Virus record (IMG/VR): IMGVR_UViG_3300028591_000100
Span: 1 to 64,000 of that record
Origin: a virus
Lineage: Duplodnaviria; Caudoviricetes
Reading direction: 5' to 3' (one strand)
Length of the DNA stretch: 64,000 nucleotides
Under the pieces are notes generated by a model. It was not told where the DNA came from. It saw only the letters and a program-made list of their open reading frames with translations, and searched no databases. The stretch's first letter is position 1. Each line of letters begins with the position of its first letter. This document shows positions 56,445 to 64,000 of the stretch, one piece after another. The position numbers and the translations under genes are program-made.

Positions 56445-57047
56445 CTAATAATGTAACCACAATTCCGAATAATAGTTTTTCCATAGTTCATCATCCTTGA
56501 AAATTTTTTTAGCCTTTTGATACGCTTTTTCATCAAGCCCTAAATCGTCAAAATCAGTTTGCACAAAACATTTCCCTAAACATCGATATTTTCTAGCGCC
56601 CTCGGTAACAAGGTCATCATCATCCAAGATTATAAATCTATCTTCGTCTTTAAAATTGTTTTGTATATATCTTGCTATTTGCCCACTTCTATCCCACTTA
56701 ATATGATCTAATAAATGAGTTTCGGTATCTGTAATTCCGACCAATTCTATTTCGTTTTCCTTTAGCGTCCTTAATAATTTCTCCGTGTTCGTTTCATAAT
56801 CAGGACCAAATATTTTCATGTCCTGATCCTTTAGCTTCACTAAATGCATTTTTAACGTTAAATCAGGATTCAAATTCCTTCTCCAGCTACTGGATAACAC
56901 TACTTTCGCGTCAAACTCTTTACAAATCCTTTTTAGAATTTGAACACTACGGTCGTCTATCTTTCCTCCAAATTCTCTTTTGCTTTTTAACAGAAAATCT
57001 TTATTATTAAGAACCCCGTCAATGTCTAAAAAGATATAATTAGACAC
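56445..57047 (-). CDS. HAD-superfamily phosphatase (Swiss Army Knife RNA repair-like HAD domain)
   Basis: IFLDIDGVLN, VLSSSWR, FIILDDD; probable GTG start. Confidence 0.85.
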   Translation of the reverse strand: MSNYIFLDIDGVLNNKDFLLKSKREFGGKIDDRSVQILKRICKEFDAKVVLSSSWRRNLNPDLTLKMHLVKLKDQDMKIFGPDYETNTEKLLRTLKENEIELVGITDTETHLLDHIKWDRSGQIARYIQNNFKDEDRFIILDDDDLVTEGARKYRCLGKCFVQTDFDDLGLDEKAYQKAKKIFKDDELWKNYYSELWLHY

Positions 57048-57154
57048 GCTGATATCACCTCTTTCTCTGTGTAAATAGCAAAAAAGAATGAGTGAGCGCC
57101 AATAATACAACTAATATTAATGTAACTATACTCATATCTTTCCCCCTTTTATTT

Positions 57155-57245
57155 TGGCGTCGAGAGGGGGCTTTGAACCCCCGCACCAGTTACCCGATCT
57201 AACAGTTTAGCAAACTGTCCTCTTCAACCGCTTGAGTATCTCGAC
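57155..57245 (-). tRNA. tRNA-Ser(GCT), CCA encoded
   Basis: Minus strand GTCGAGA...ACAGT-TTGCTAA-ACTGT anticodon arm, long variable arm, GGGGG-TTCAAAG-CCCCC T-arm, TCTCGAC-G-CCA. Confidence 0.92.
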
Positions 57246-57317
57246 AAGTGATGTGTTTGTGAAAGGTTTTGTCCTATTGAACGGGTACTATCGCACACAT
57301 CAGGTTTACCCACTGAA

Positions 57318-57845
57318 CTACTTTGTGTTAATTGAACTCCAGAAAGCAAATTCAGTGTTGTAAACAGAATCTCTTTCTCGAACATTCTGGTTAAACCAAA
57401 TCACCCTGAAAGTATTATTCTTACTCTTAAAGTTAAATTTGATTCCATATGTTTCTTTGTTATTATATGTGTTTTGAATTTTTTCGATGCTTTTAACACC
57501 ATCAAAATCAATTTGCACATTTTTAATTGTATGAACATTCACACCTGAACGTTGTTGAGGTTTTTGCTCTGCAGGTTTTGGTTGATATTTTGGCTTATCA
57601 ACAGGCTTAGCTGCTTTTTCAGGAGCAGATTTTTTAACCTCTTGGAACATAGTTTTTGCAAAATCCTCATCGTCCTCTTCTGAGTATTCATCCCACAGTT
57701 CCTGCTTAGGAACATGACGGACTTTTTTATTTTTCTTCTTATTGTCCTCACGTCCTGATTTCATTTTAGTTACTTTACGGCCTTGTGGTTGGTCGTACAT
57801 GTATTCATACTCGTCTTCGTATGTTTCCCAATCTATAGTTGTCAT
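57318..57845 (-). CDS. hypothetical protein
   Basis: AAGGAG RBS; charged low-complexity N-half. Confidence 0.85.
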   Translation of the reverse strand: MTTIDWETYEDEYEYMYDQPQGRKVTKMKSGREDNKKKNKKVRHVPKQELWDEYSEEDDEDFAKTMFQEVKKSAPEKAAKPVDKPKYQPKPAEQKPQQRSGVNVHTIKNVQIDFDGVKSIEKIQNTYNNKETYGIKFNFKSKNNTFRVIWFNQNVRERDSVYNTEFAFWSSINTK

Positions 57846-57854
57846 AAAAACTCC

Positions 57855-58472
57855 TTATGAAAAAATGCATCCTGTCTCAGGGTCATTTCCTGATTTAATA
57901 TAATCATATGTGGCTGTTTTATCTGGATTATCAATGTGAAATTTATCAGCCTGATGCTTTAGAAGGCCATTATTTCCCCTTTGAGCATGATTATTAATTA
58001 AATATTCATCATAGGATTTATAAGGCCTTAGAGAGCCCATATGCTGTCTCATTTGATTTGCTACCTCCAGAACATGTGCCTCATAATCTTCAGGAACAGG
58101 ATGTTTATCCCAATCTGGAGCTGCCCTATCGGTAATTATATCTATCATTTCTTCAGGGCTTATAATTTCTCCATATTCATCCTCAATAGTCGTATTGGTA
58201 TCGAAGAAAAGCCACTTCCAATCCTCAAAATTGTGAATACCATACTCTGGATAAACACATAAGCTAAAATGCCAACCAAATGAAGATTTGCCAATGTGAA
58301 TCTCTTGTTCAAAATCTTCAGATAAGGCGTCCAATGTTGGATAATATGTATTACGGCACACATACCCGTTCGTTAGTTGAGTAACATTAGTGTCATATGT
58401 GTCACACCCCAAAGTTGTTGGTATCCCTGGTTCATATTTCATTTTTCTAATAAGATAATAATTAGTTCCCAT
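57855..58472 (-). CDS. hypothetical phage protein
   Basis: MGTNYY, HIGKSSFGWHF, IEDEYG. Confidence 0.85.
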   Translation of the reverse strand: MGTNYYLIRKMKYEPGIPTTLGCDTYDTNVTQLTNGYVCRNTYYPTLDALSEDFEQEIHIGKSSFGWHFSLCVYPEYGIHNFEDWKWLFFDTNTTIEDEYGEIISPEEMIDIITDRAAPDWDKHPVPEDYEAHVLEVANQMRQHMGSLRPYKSYDEYLINNHAQRGNNGLLKHQADKFHIDNPDKTATYDYIKSGNDPETGCIFS

Positions 58473-58884
58473 AAAGGTTTTCAACCTCCCTAAGTTTAAA
58501 ATCTAAGTTTACCTCTAAAACATCATCAGGTAGGTCATCATTACAACTTGGCCCGTCTCCTAAGTAGAAAGTCCATTCGATGGTTCTTAATTCATTATAA
58601 CTTAAGCTATGTGGTGTAGCATATTTGATTAACTTACCACGTTTAGGTAAACCAGTGCGACGATCATAATTGTAATTACGCCAATTATATTGCCATTGCT
58701 TAATAATACGTTGTTGTGTCCCACGGTTGCATCTGATGGCTTCAGGAGGGAATTTAATATGTGGACCAAGCTCACGTCTTTGCGCTTCCTCATGAAGAAC
58801 TTCCATAATACCTAGGTTTTGATATAGTTGAGTTATGCTACCAAAAGGTTGTGATAAATCTAAATTAAATCTTTTAGTTCTCAT
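58462..58884 (-). CDS. hypothetical protein
   Basis: 140 aa. Confidence 0.75.
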   Translation of the reverse strand: MRTKRFNLDLSQPFGSITQLYQNLGIMEVLHEEAQRRELGPHIKFPPEAIRCNRGTQQRIIKQWQYNWRNYNYDRRTGLPKRGKLIKYATPHSLSYNELRTIEWTFYLGDGPSCNDDLPDDVLEVNLDFKLREVENLYGN

Positions 58885-59239
58885 TCTTCTTAAGAGCCTC
58901 CCTTATAATTCTTCTAGCTTTATTCTTAAACTTTTCATATAATTCCTTATTTGCATCAGAGCGGCTTCTGTAATCTTTAACCCTATTGCCAACAGGTTTT
59001 ACATGGGTTTTACCTGTTTCATCAGGCTGAACAAAGCTGATCACGATATAATTCTTACCATTGTAACACCATTCAATGCCTACACCATATTCAACAGGCA
59101 TAGTCACGATTGTTAAATTTTCATCTGTTATATTTACAACCTTAGATATAAGATGTATTCTTAGGTTATCTTTAATATGCAAAGTTTTATCTTCGTCAGT
59201 TAAATTTTGATTAAATATTTTTAATTCTTTAATATTCAT
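58874..59239 (-). CDS. hypothetical protein
   Basis: AGGAG RBS. Confidence 0.8.
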   Translation of the reverse strand: MNIKELKIFNQNLTDEDKTLHIKDNLRIHLISKVVNITDENLTIVTMPVEYGVGIEWCYNGKNYIVISFVQPDETGKTHVKPVGNRVKDYRSRSDANKELYEKFKNKARRIIREALKKNEN

Positions 59240-59248
59240 AATGCGCTC

Positions 59249-60088
59249 CTAATCCAAATATAGTGGATATTCTTCATATCTAACATAATATACTTTAACA
59301 TCTTGGCCTAAATAAGATTCATAATCCTCTTTAGAAATTTCAATGGTGCGTTCACCAATCACTTTCGGAGAAGTCCAATGAGTTTTTACCTCTCCATCGA
59401 AGTGCCATGCTACCCTAAAATTCTTATCTATAGGGAAACAAACATCAGCTTGACGGTTAGAATCAAAATGTAATGTTTCTATACATTCACGTCCTGTTGG
59501 ATTAAAATATCTTAAAACAACTTCTCTGTAGTGGTCTTGTAATTGTTCCTTATAATATATATAGGAAAAATTTTCCCAGCCATGCTGTAAATGTGCGTTA
59601 TATTCTTCCTCTGTATAACTTTGGTCAGATATGTAAATTGTGTCTTTTCCGTCATTACAACAAGCGATAGATATTATATAAGGATAATATGGAATTAAGT
59701 CTAATAAATTACGAATTGGAATATCTACAGTAATAATTACGCCATGCTTATGAAGATATTTTAATGTTCTCTTTTCACCAAAATACTCATAGGTATAATA
59801 TTCTTTTTCTTTGCGACTAAACAAAGATTTTTTTACATGTTTAGTTATTACTAATGCAGGACACTTTGATGCCACAAAATCTTGATTGTGCACGTCAAGA
59901 TATATACGCTTGTGTTGATGGATAATACCACCTGTGCGTTCCATAAAGATTTTAAAGCATTCCATTTCATCAGAATATAAAACACGAACTTTTTCTAAAT
60001 CTTCTTTTTTATCAGAACCTTCTTTAGTCCTGTGTTTGTATGACATGATGTGATCAAATAAATCACACTTTCCACTAAATCTACTCAT
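59249..60088 (-). CDS. hypothetical protein
   Basis: 279 aa, AAGGAG RBS. Confidence 0.85.
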   Translation of the reverse strand: MSRFSGKCDLFDHIMSYKHRTKEGSDKKEDLEKVRVLYSDEMECFKIFMERTGGIIHQHKRIYLDVHNQDFVASKCPALVITKHVKKSLFSRKEKEYYTYEYFGEKRTLKYLHKHGVIITVDIPIRNLLDLIPYYPYIISIACCNDGKDTIYISDQSYTEEEYNAHLQHGWENFSYIYYKEQLQDHYREVVLRYFNPTGRECIETLHFDSNRQADVCFPIDKNFRVAWHFDGEVKTHWTSPKVIGERTIEISKEDYESYLGQDVKVYYVRYEEYPLYLD

Positions 60089-60486
60089 TCTTTCATCTCC
60101 TTAAATAAATTAAAATATTCCCAAAACGAATCTCGCCGCGCGTTTCTATAAAAAGGTTTTTTCTCTTTTGGTCTGTTTTTTAAAGAGTCATACAACTCCT
60201 CAGAAGTTTTATATGGACAATCATTGTCAGTATCATATAAGAACCACTCAATCACACTTGCTTCGCCAGGTTGGTCGTTCATTAACTTCTGCATCTTTTC
60301 TACAAGTTGTGCCTCATAATTAATATATAACCAACAATCACAATAATTACCTTTGCATAAATTTTCCAGTGACTTTACGAACTGGTCTTGTAAAATACGA
60401 TGCTCTGCAATAAACTTTAAAGTTTGTTTAAACTCCTCTTTTGTCATTGAAATAGGTGTCCTATTTTTTATTCTACAATAATCCAT
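60085..60486 (-). CDS. hypothetical protein
   Basis: GGAG RBS. Confidence 0.75.
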   Translation of the reverse strand: MDYCRIKNRTPISMTKEEFKQTLKFIAEHRILQDQFVKSLENLCKGNYCDCWLYINYEAQLVEKMQKLMNDQPGEASVIEWFLYDTDNDCPYKTSEELYDSLKNRPKEKKPFYRNARRDSFWEYFNLFKEMKE

Positions 60487-60829
60487 CTAGCGTCTCCACC
60501 ACCCTCTTTAAAAACTCATACTCTTCGATTGAAAGGCGATATTCTTCAAACTCTATAAACTTATCATACTCTTGTGCAGAGTTTGTTGTTTTTAGTCTAT
60601 AGACATCTACACATTTGTCCTTAAGAAGAATAAGTGCTTTTTTGAACATTCTTTGCTCGAACAAACCCTCTCTTACAATAATAAGGGAATTAACTAGCTC
60701 TGGTAAATCAACACAGTCTGTATAGTCTGTTGTGTCTAACCCAAATTTTAAGTTCCCCTCCCAGTTGTTTAAAAAACACGTTTGATCAATTTTATTATAG
60801 GCATCAAATATTTTACTCATTTTTACCAC
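60473..60829 (-). CDS. hypothetical protein with EKNVD-type C-terminal module
   Basis: LKDKCVDVYRLK...EY...LSIEEYEFLK. Confidence 0.8.
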   Translation of the reverse strand: MVKMSKIFDAYNKIDQTCFLNNWEGNLKFGLDTTDYTDCVDLPELVNSLIIVREGLFEQRMFKKALILLKDKCVDVYRLKTTNSAQEYDKFIEFEEYRLSIEEYEFLKRVVETLDGLL

Positions 60830-60864
60830 CTCTTTTCAAATAAAAATAGAATTTTATTTATTAC

Positions 60865-61257
60865 CTAATTAAATTTAACGGTCGAATCTAGAACTTCCCC
60901 GTTAAAAAATCCATTTTTTTCTTCATATGACACTATTCTTACATTGACATCGTAAGTAAGCGTACCAACTTCATTGACCCTGAGAGCATAATCTTCTTTG
61001 TTTTTATAAATGGGGCTAGCAACTGTAAATCGAACAATCAAAGGCAATGCTTGCTTAATTTTTTGTATCAAATCCAAAGGCAGATTCTCAGGGATAAAAG
61101 AAACGTCTGTGAATGAATCATCAAAAGTCTTATCGACTTTAATTCCTGTTTCTGTATCATATACATATCGTTCTAAGCCGACTTTCATATATCCTTTTAT
61201 CTTTGAAGCCTCTGAAACAAAACAATTACCTGAATAATTAGTAAAATAATGTTCCAT
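60865..61257 (-). CDS. hypothetical protein
   Basis: AAAGGA RBS. Confidence 0.75.
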   Translation of the reverse strand: MEHYFTNYSGNCFVSEASKIKGYMKVGLERYVYDTETGIKVDKTFDDSFTDVSFIPENLPLDLIQKIKQALPLIVRFTVASPIYKNKEDYALRVNEVGTLTYDVNVRIVSYEEKNGFFNGEVLDSTVKFN

Positions 61258-61288
61258 ATTAATTTCCTTTCTAAATAAAATATCTCTT

Positions 61289-61624
61289 TTATTGATAATA
61301 TTCGTCTAATAACCTAACAGCTATCTCTTCATTGGTAAGACCTTCTTCTGCGAATTTTTCTTTTTCTTCCTCATCAATAAACTCTTCAAGAAAAGCCTCC
61401 ATAAACTCATCAAAATCTTGGTCTTCAATCATTTTATCAACTAATTCAGTATCGTCAGTGTCGACATCATTTCCAATATAATCACCATATCTATCTGTGT
61501 ATACATAATAACTACATGTTCTGTAGTCAACTAAATCATTATCTCTGAAAAATCTAGGTGAATCTTCACCCTCTTTTTCTAAAAGCTGTTTCATGGTATT
61601 GTCTTTTTCTGTTCTAGTCATCAT
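61289..61624 (-). CDS. very acidic hypothetical protein
   Basis: D/E-rich. Confidence 0.8.
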   Translation of the reverse strand: MMTRTEKDNTMKQLLEKEGEDSPRFFRDNDLVDYRTCSYYVYTDRYGDYIGNDVDTDDTELVDKMIEDQDFDEFMEAFLEEFIDEEEKEKFAEEGLTNEEIAVRLLDEYYQ

Positions 61625-62117
61625 ATTTCTCTTTCCCCTTTTCTAACATTTCTTTGATTGCATGATAACCATAGCCCTCTGCTATCCAATTACTGATTTG
61701 AGCGCCAAGATCGTAGCCAATTTTACGAGCCTTACTCAAATAAAACTCTGTATCTTCGCCCACTTCTTCTTTATAGCATCTAACAATTTTATAACTTATA
61801 TTGTTATATTGTGGTTCACTAAAACGAGTATTTGATGGAATACCATTCCCTGCTTCAACATAATATGCCTTTTCTGCATTAAATAACACATGGCATCTAT
61901 TAGCAGCGTCTGTGCGATGTTCAAACTCCACCTCTACCTGAATCTCGCCTGGAGATATTATATAACCATCATCGCTAGTGTCGTATTCTTCAACACGACA
62001 GCTATCGTAATAACCAGAATTATATTTTGCATAATGCTCAGCTTTCTCTTTTGATAGGAACACAGCTACAATGTGGTAGTCTGAATATTGCCCATCAGTT
62101 ACAATAAATATTTTCAT
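61614..62117 (-). CDS. hypothetical phage protein
   Basis: IFIVTDGQYSDYHIVAVF.SKEKAE motif. Confidence 0.85.
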   Translation of the reverse strand: MKIFIVTDGQYSDYHIVAVFLSKEKAEHYAKYNSGYYDSCRVEEYDTSDDGYIISPGEIQVEVEFEHRTDAANRCHVLFNAEKAYYVEAGNGIPSNTRFSEPQYNNISYKIVRCYKEEVGEDTEFYLSKARKIGYDLGAQISNWIAEGYGYHAIKEMLEKGKEKYDD

Positions 62118-62119
62118 AA

Positions 62120-62548
62120 CTATTTCCTCTTTCTACGAACGCCACCAGCTATTTGTTTAATATCAAGCTCAATATATTGATCAAAAATCGCTTCAACTCT
62201 ATCTTCTTCGATATTCATATCTTTAGCAGTATCAAGAATAGAGCTGACAAGCAATTGCTCATACGCTTTTAATAAAATCATAGCAAGATAGCTGTTTATT
62301 TCAATGTTTATCATATTAGGATACACATAATGAGCCAAAGCACCAACACGAGTGCCATACTCCTCTGTTTGATGACATTCTAAATGCGCTTTACCAATAA
62401 AACATCTTGCGTCCTCTAACCCCTCTTTGATTAAGGTTTGGACATTATTAAGTTCTTGCAATCTGTCTTTGACACGCTCTTGATATTTTTCAAAATTTTG
62501 AATTTCTTGTGATTTTTCATATAAACCGCTTGCCTTTAGTTTTTCCAT
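62120..62548 (-). CDS. hypothetical protein
   Basis: downstream of promoter, AAGGTAGG RBS. Confidence 0.8.
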   Translation of the reverse strand: MEKLKASGLYEKSQEIQNFEKYQERVKDRLQELNNVQTLIKEGLEDARCFIGKAHLECHQTEEYGTRVGALAHYVYPNMINIEINSYLAMILLKAYEQLLVSSILDTAKDMNIEEDRVEAIFDQYIELDIKQIAGGVRRKRK

Positions 62549-62567
62549 AAAACCTACCTTCTTTCAT

Positions 62568-62599
62568 TTATATTATAGCAGAATAAAAACAAATGTCAA
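62568..62599 (-). promoter_or_regulatory. phage promoter class A
   Basis: TTGACAtttgtttttATTCTGCTATAATATAA. Confidence 0.85.
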
Positions 62600-62657
62600 T
62601 AAAAAGGAGGAATTAATTTTTAATTCCCCTTCTTATTTAATATAATCAGCTCTAAGA

Positions 62658-63002
62658 TTAACTTAAATCTTCTAAACCATCTTCAAGCCAAGACACTCTT
62701 GTGTTTTGAATCATGAAATCAGGTGCCTGAACCGTAGGTTTCTTTGGTTTAGTATGGTATTGCCAACACTCCTTGCCGTCATATACATGTCTGGTGAGCC
62801 ACCAGAACTTACCAACAATCTTGATAGTTGGGTCAACTTCAGTTACTCCATAACCATTATCATAATCAAACTTCTCTGCAGCTGTGACAAAATCCGCAAT
62901 AGGGATAAACCCCTCAGCGTTGCGGATAAATCTTATATGTTTTAATTTATAGCCATGCTTCTTTAATACATCTTCTGTTTCTTTTAAAAGATTAACTATC
63001 AT
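62658..63002 (-). CDS. hypothetical phage protein
   Basis: NLLKET, YDNGYG, WWLTR..YDG.E.W motifs. Confidence 0.85.
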   Translation of the reverse strand: MIVNLLKETEDVLKKHGYKLKHIRFIRNAEGFIPIADFVTAAEKFDYDNGYGVTEVDPTIKIVGKFWWLTRHVYDGKECWQYHTKPKKPTVQAPDFMIQNTRVSWLEDGLEDLS

Positions 63003-63004
63003 AA

Positions 63005-63511
63005 CTATGCTCCTGTACTACCTAAACCGCCTGTTCTTTCTCCCTCAGTATCATCATCGTCTGTGACGTAATACTTTTGGAAAATACCTTGAACAAAACG
63101 ATCACCTGCTGCAACATCTAATCTGCCATAGTTTGGACAAAGTCTAACCATGATGTGTCCTTCATTATTACCGTCAGCATAATCAGCGTCTATAATACCA
63201 ACAGTGTTAGCTAAATACGCCCCTGTTTTAAAGCCCACACCACTTCTAGGTACAACCATTAAATACATATCATCTGGCATAATAGCTCTGATTCCTGTTG
63301 GAATTGTTATCTGTACTATACCATAATCTTCAGGAAGTAATTCAAAAGGTACAGGTGAATAAAAATCATAACCCGCAGACTTTTTAGAGCCACGCTTTGG
63401 TAGTTTAATACCATCATAATATTGTTGGATATCTACCTCTCTAGCATAAGGCATTATCTTTCTTAAGTCCTTTGCAAATTGTTCATAACTTACTTTTTCA
63501 AATTTAATCAT
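63005..63511 (-). CDS. dut: trimeric dUTPase
   Basis: SAGYDF, PRSG, GIIDADY, QGIF, RTGGLGSTG. Confidence 0.95.
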   Translation of the reverse strand: MIKFEKVSYEQFAKDLRKIMPYAREVDIQQYYDGIKLPKRGSKKSAGYDFYSPVPFELLPEDYGIVQITIPTGIRAIMPDDMYLMVVPRSGVGFKTGAYLANTVGIIDADYADGNNEGHIMVRLCPNYGRLDVAAGDRFVQGIFQKYYVTDDDDTEGERTGGLGSTGA

Positions 63512-64000
63512 TGTTATCTCCTCTGTATTTTTGTATAAATAATATAAATTCACTTAATTTTTCAACAAAAAAATCAATATCTCTTGTTGTTGTGTGTTTA
63601 CTAAAAGACACTCTAATTGTAGTACGAATTTCAAACTCACTAAGACCAAGAGCTACCAACACATGAGATGGGTTAAAATCTCCCTGTGTCTCGTCATGTT
63701 CTGAGTCACAAGCAGAACCTGCGCTTACTGCGATTCCATAGGCAGCCAACATACTAGCCAAAGAATCCACATCCCCTGGATAAAACTCTCCTGAACAATT
63801 TAAAGAGACAATATTCTTATGGTCTGGAACTGTATTGATCACAACCGCATTTTCAAATCTACGAACAAGTTTAATACGTAGATATTTATAAAGTTCTTCA
63901 TAATATTTAGCCAATGTGTCACCTTGCTGATGAATCAATTCCACAGCAGTTGCTAAGCCAACAATTCCCGCTGTGTTAGAAGTTCCACCTCTAAGACCAA
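63504..64000 (-). CDS. cysteine desulfurase (IscS/NifS family), C-terminal part; gene starts beyond the window
   Basis: GLRGGTSN..GIVGL, AVSAGSAC (catalytic Cys), SHVL.ALG, IRVSFS. Confidence 0.92.
   Translation of the reverse strand, partial: GLRGGTSNTAGIVGLATAVELIHQQGDTLAKYYEELYKYLRIKLVRRFENAVVINTVPDHKNIVSLNCSGEFYPGDVDSLASMLAAYGIAVSAGSACDSEHDETQGDFNPSHVLVALGLSEFEIRTTIRVSFSKHTTTRDIDFFVEKLSEFILFIQKYRGDNND

Noticed and set aside
57155-57245. Amber suppressor tRNA (CTA) and a recoded genome
   Set aside because: The 7-nt loop TTGCTAA centres on GCT (Ser). TAG and TGA terminate many genes followed by proper RBS/start signals, so standard code 11 fits.
57246-57317. Theta/HDV-like ribozyme
   Set aside because: Only 7 nt lie between the putative P2 and P1 3' strands, too short for P3-L3, and the element is 5' rather than 3' of the tRNA; kept only as an unassigned structure
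1-64000. Integrase, transposase, IS element or virion structural genes
   Set aside because: No recognisable motifs in this window

Overview
This 64-kb window is part of a large, AT-rich bacteriophage genome, probably infecting a Firmicutes/Bacilli-type host (AGGAGG ribosome-binding sites, sigmaA-type promoters, standard genetic code). No virion structural genes are visible. Genes run on the + strand from 1 to about 40.9 kb and on the - strand from about 41.6 to 64 kb, converging on a non-coding G/C-skewed island. Recognisable genes: C-terminal part of a YonO-like single-subunit RNA polymerase (apparent frameshift at the window edge), a sigma-70 factor, a vWA/MoxR AAA pair, two Gp88-like Cys-rich proteins, two methyltransferases, NADAR, ClpP, a metallophosphoesterase, ThyX, PhoH, a HAD-family phosphatase, tRNA-Ser(GCT), dUTPase and a cysteine desulfurase, plus about 100 small hypothetical ORFs. 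The most striking signal is an RNA-rich island at about 10.3-14.9 kb. It holds a ~1.1-kb ORF-free stretch that folds by eye into a nested multi-domain structure closed by long-range helices (a candidate giant ncRNA in the GOLLD/ROOL size class), a 43-nt tRNA minihelix-like element, a pseudoknotted leader, and two tandem covarying three-way-junction RNA motifs. These are interleaved with an ADP-ribosyltransferase-like gene, a Lys/Ala-rich micropeptide and a membrane protein. A conserved promoter class with a strict 16-bp spacer occurs 7 times outside the 10-41 kb block. All family assignments are by-eye motif recognition, not database searches.
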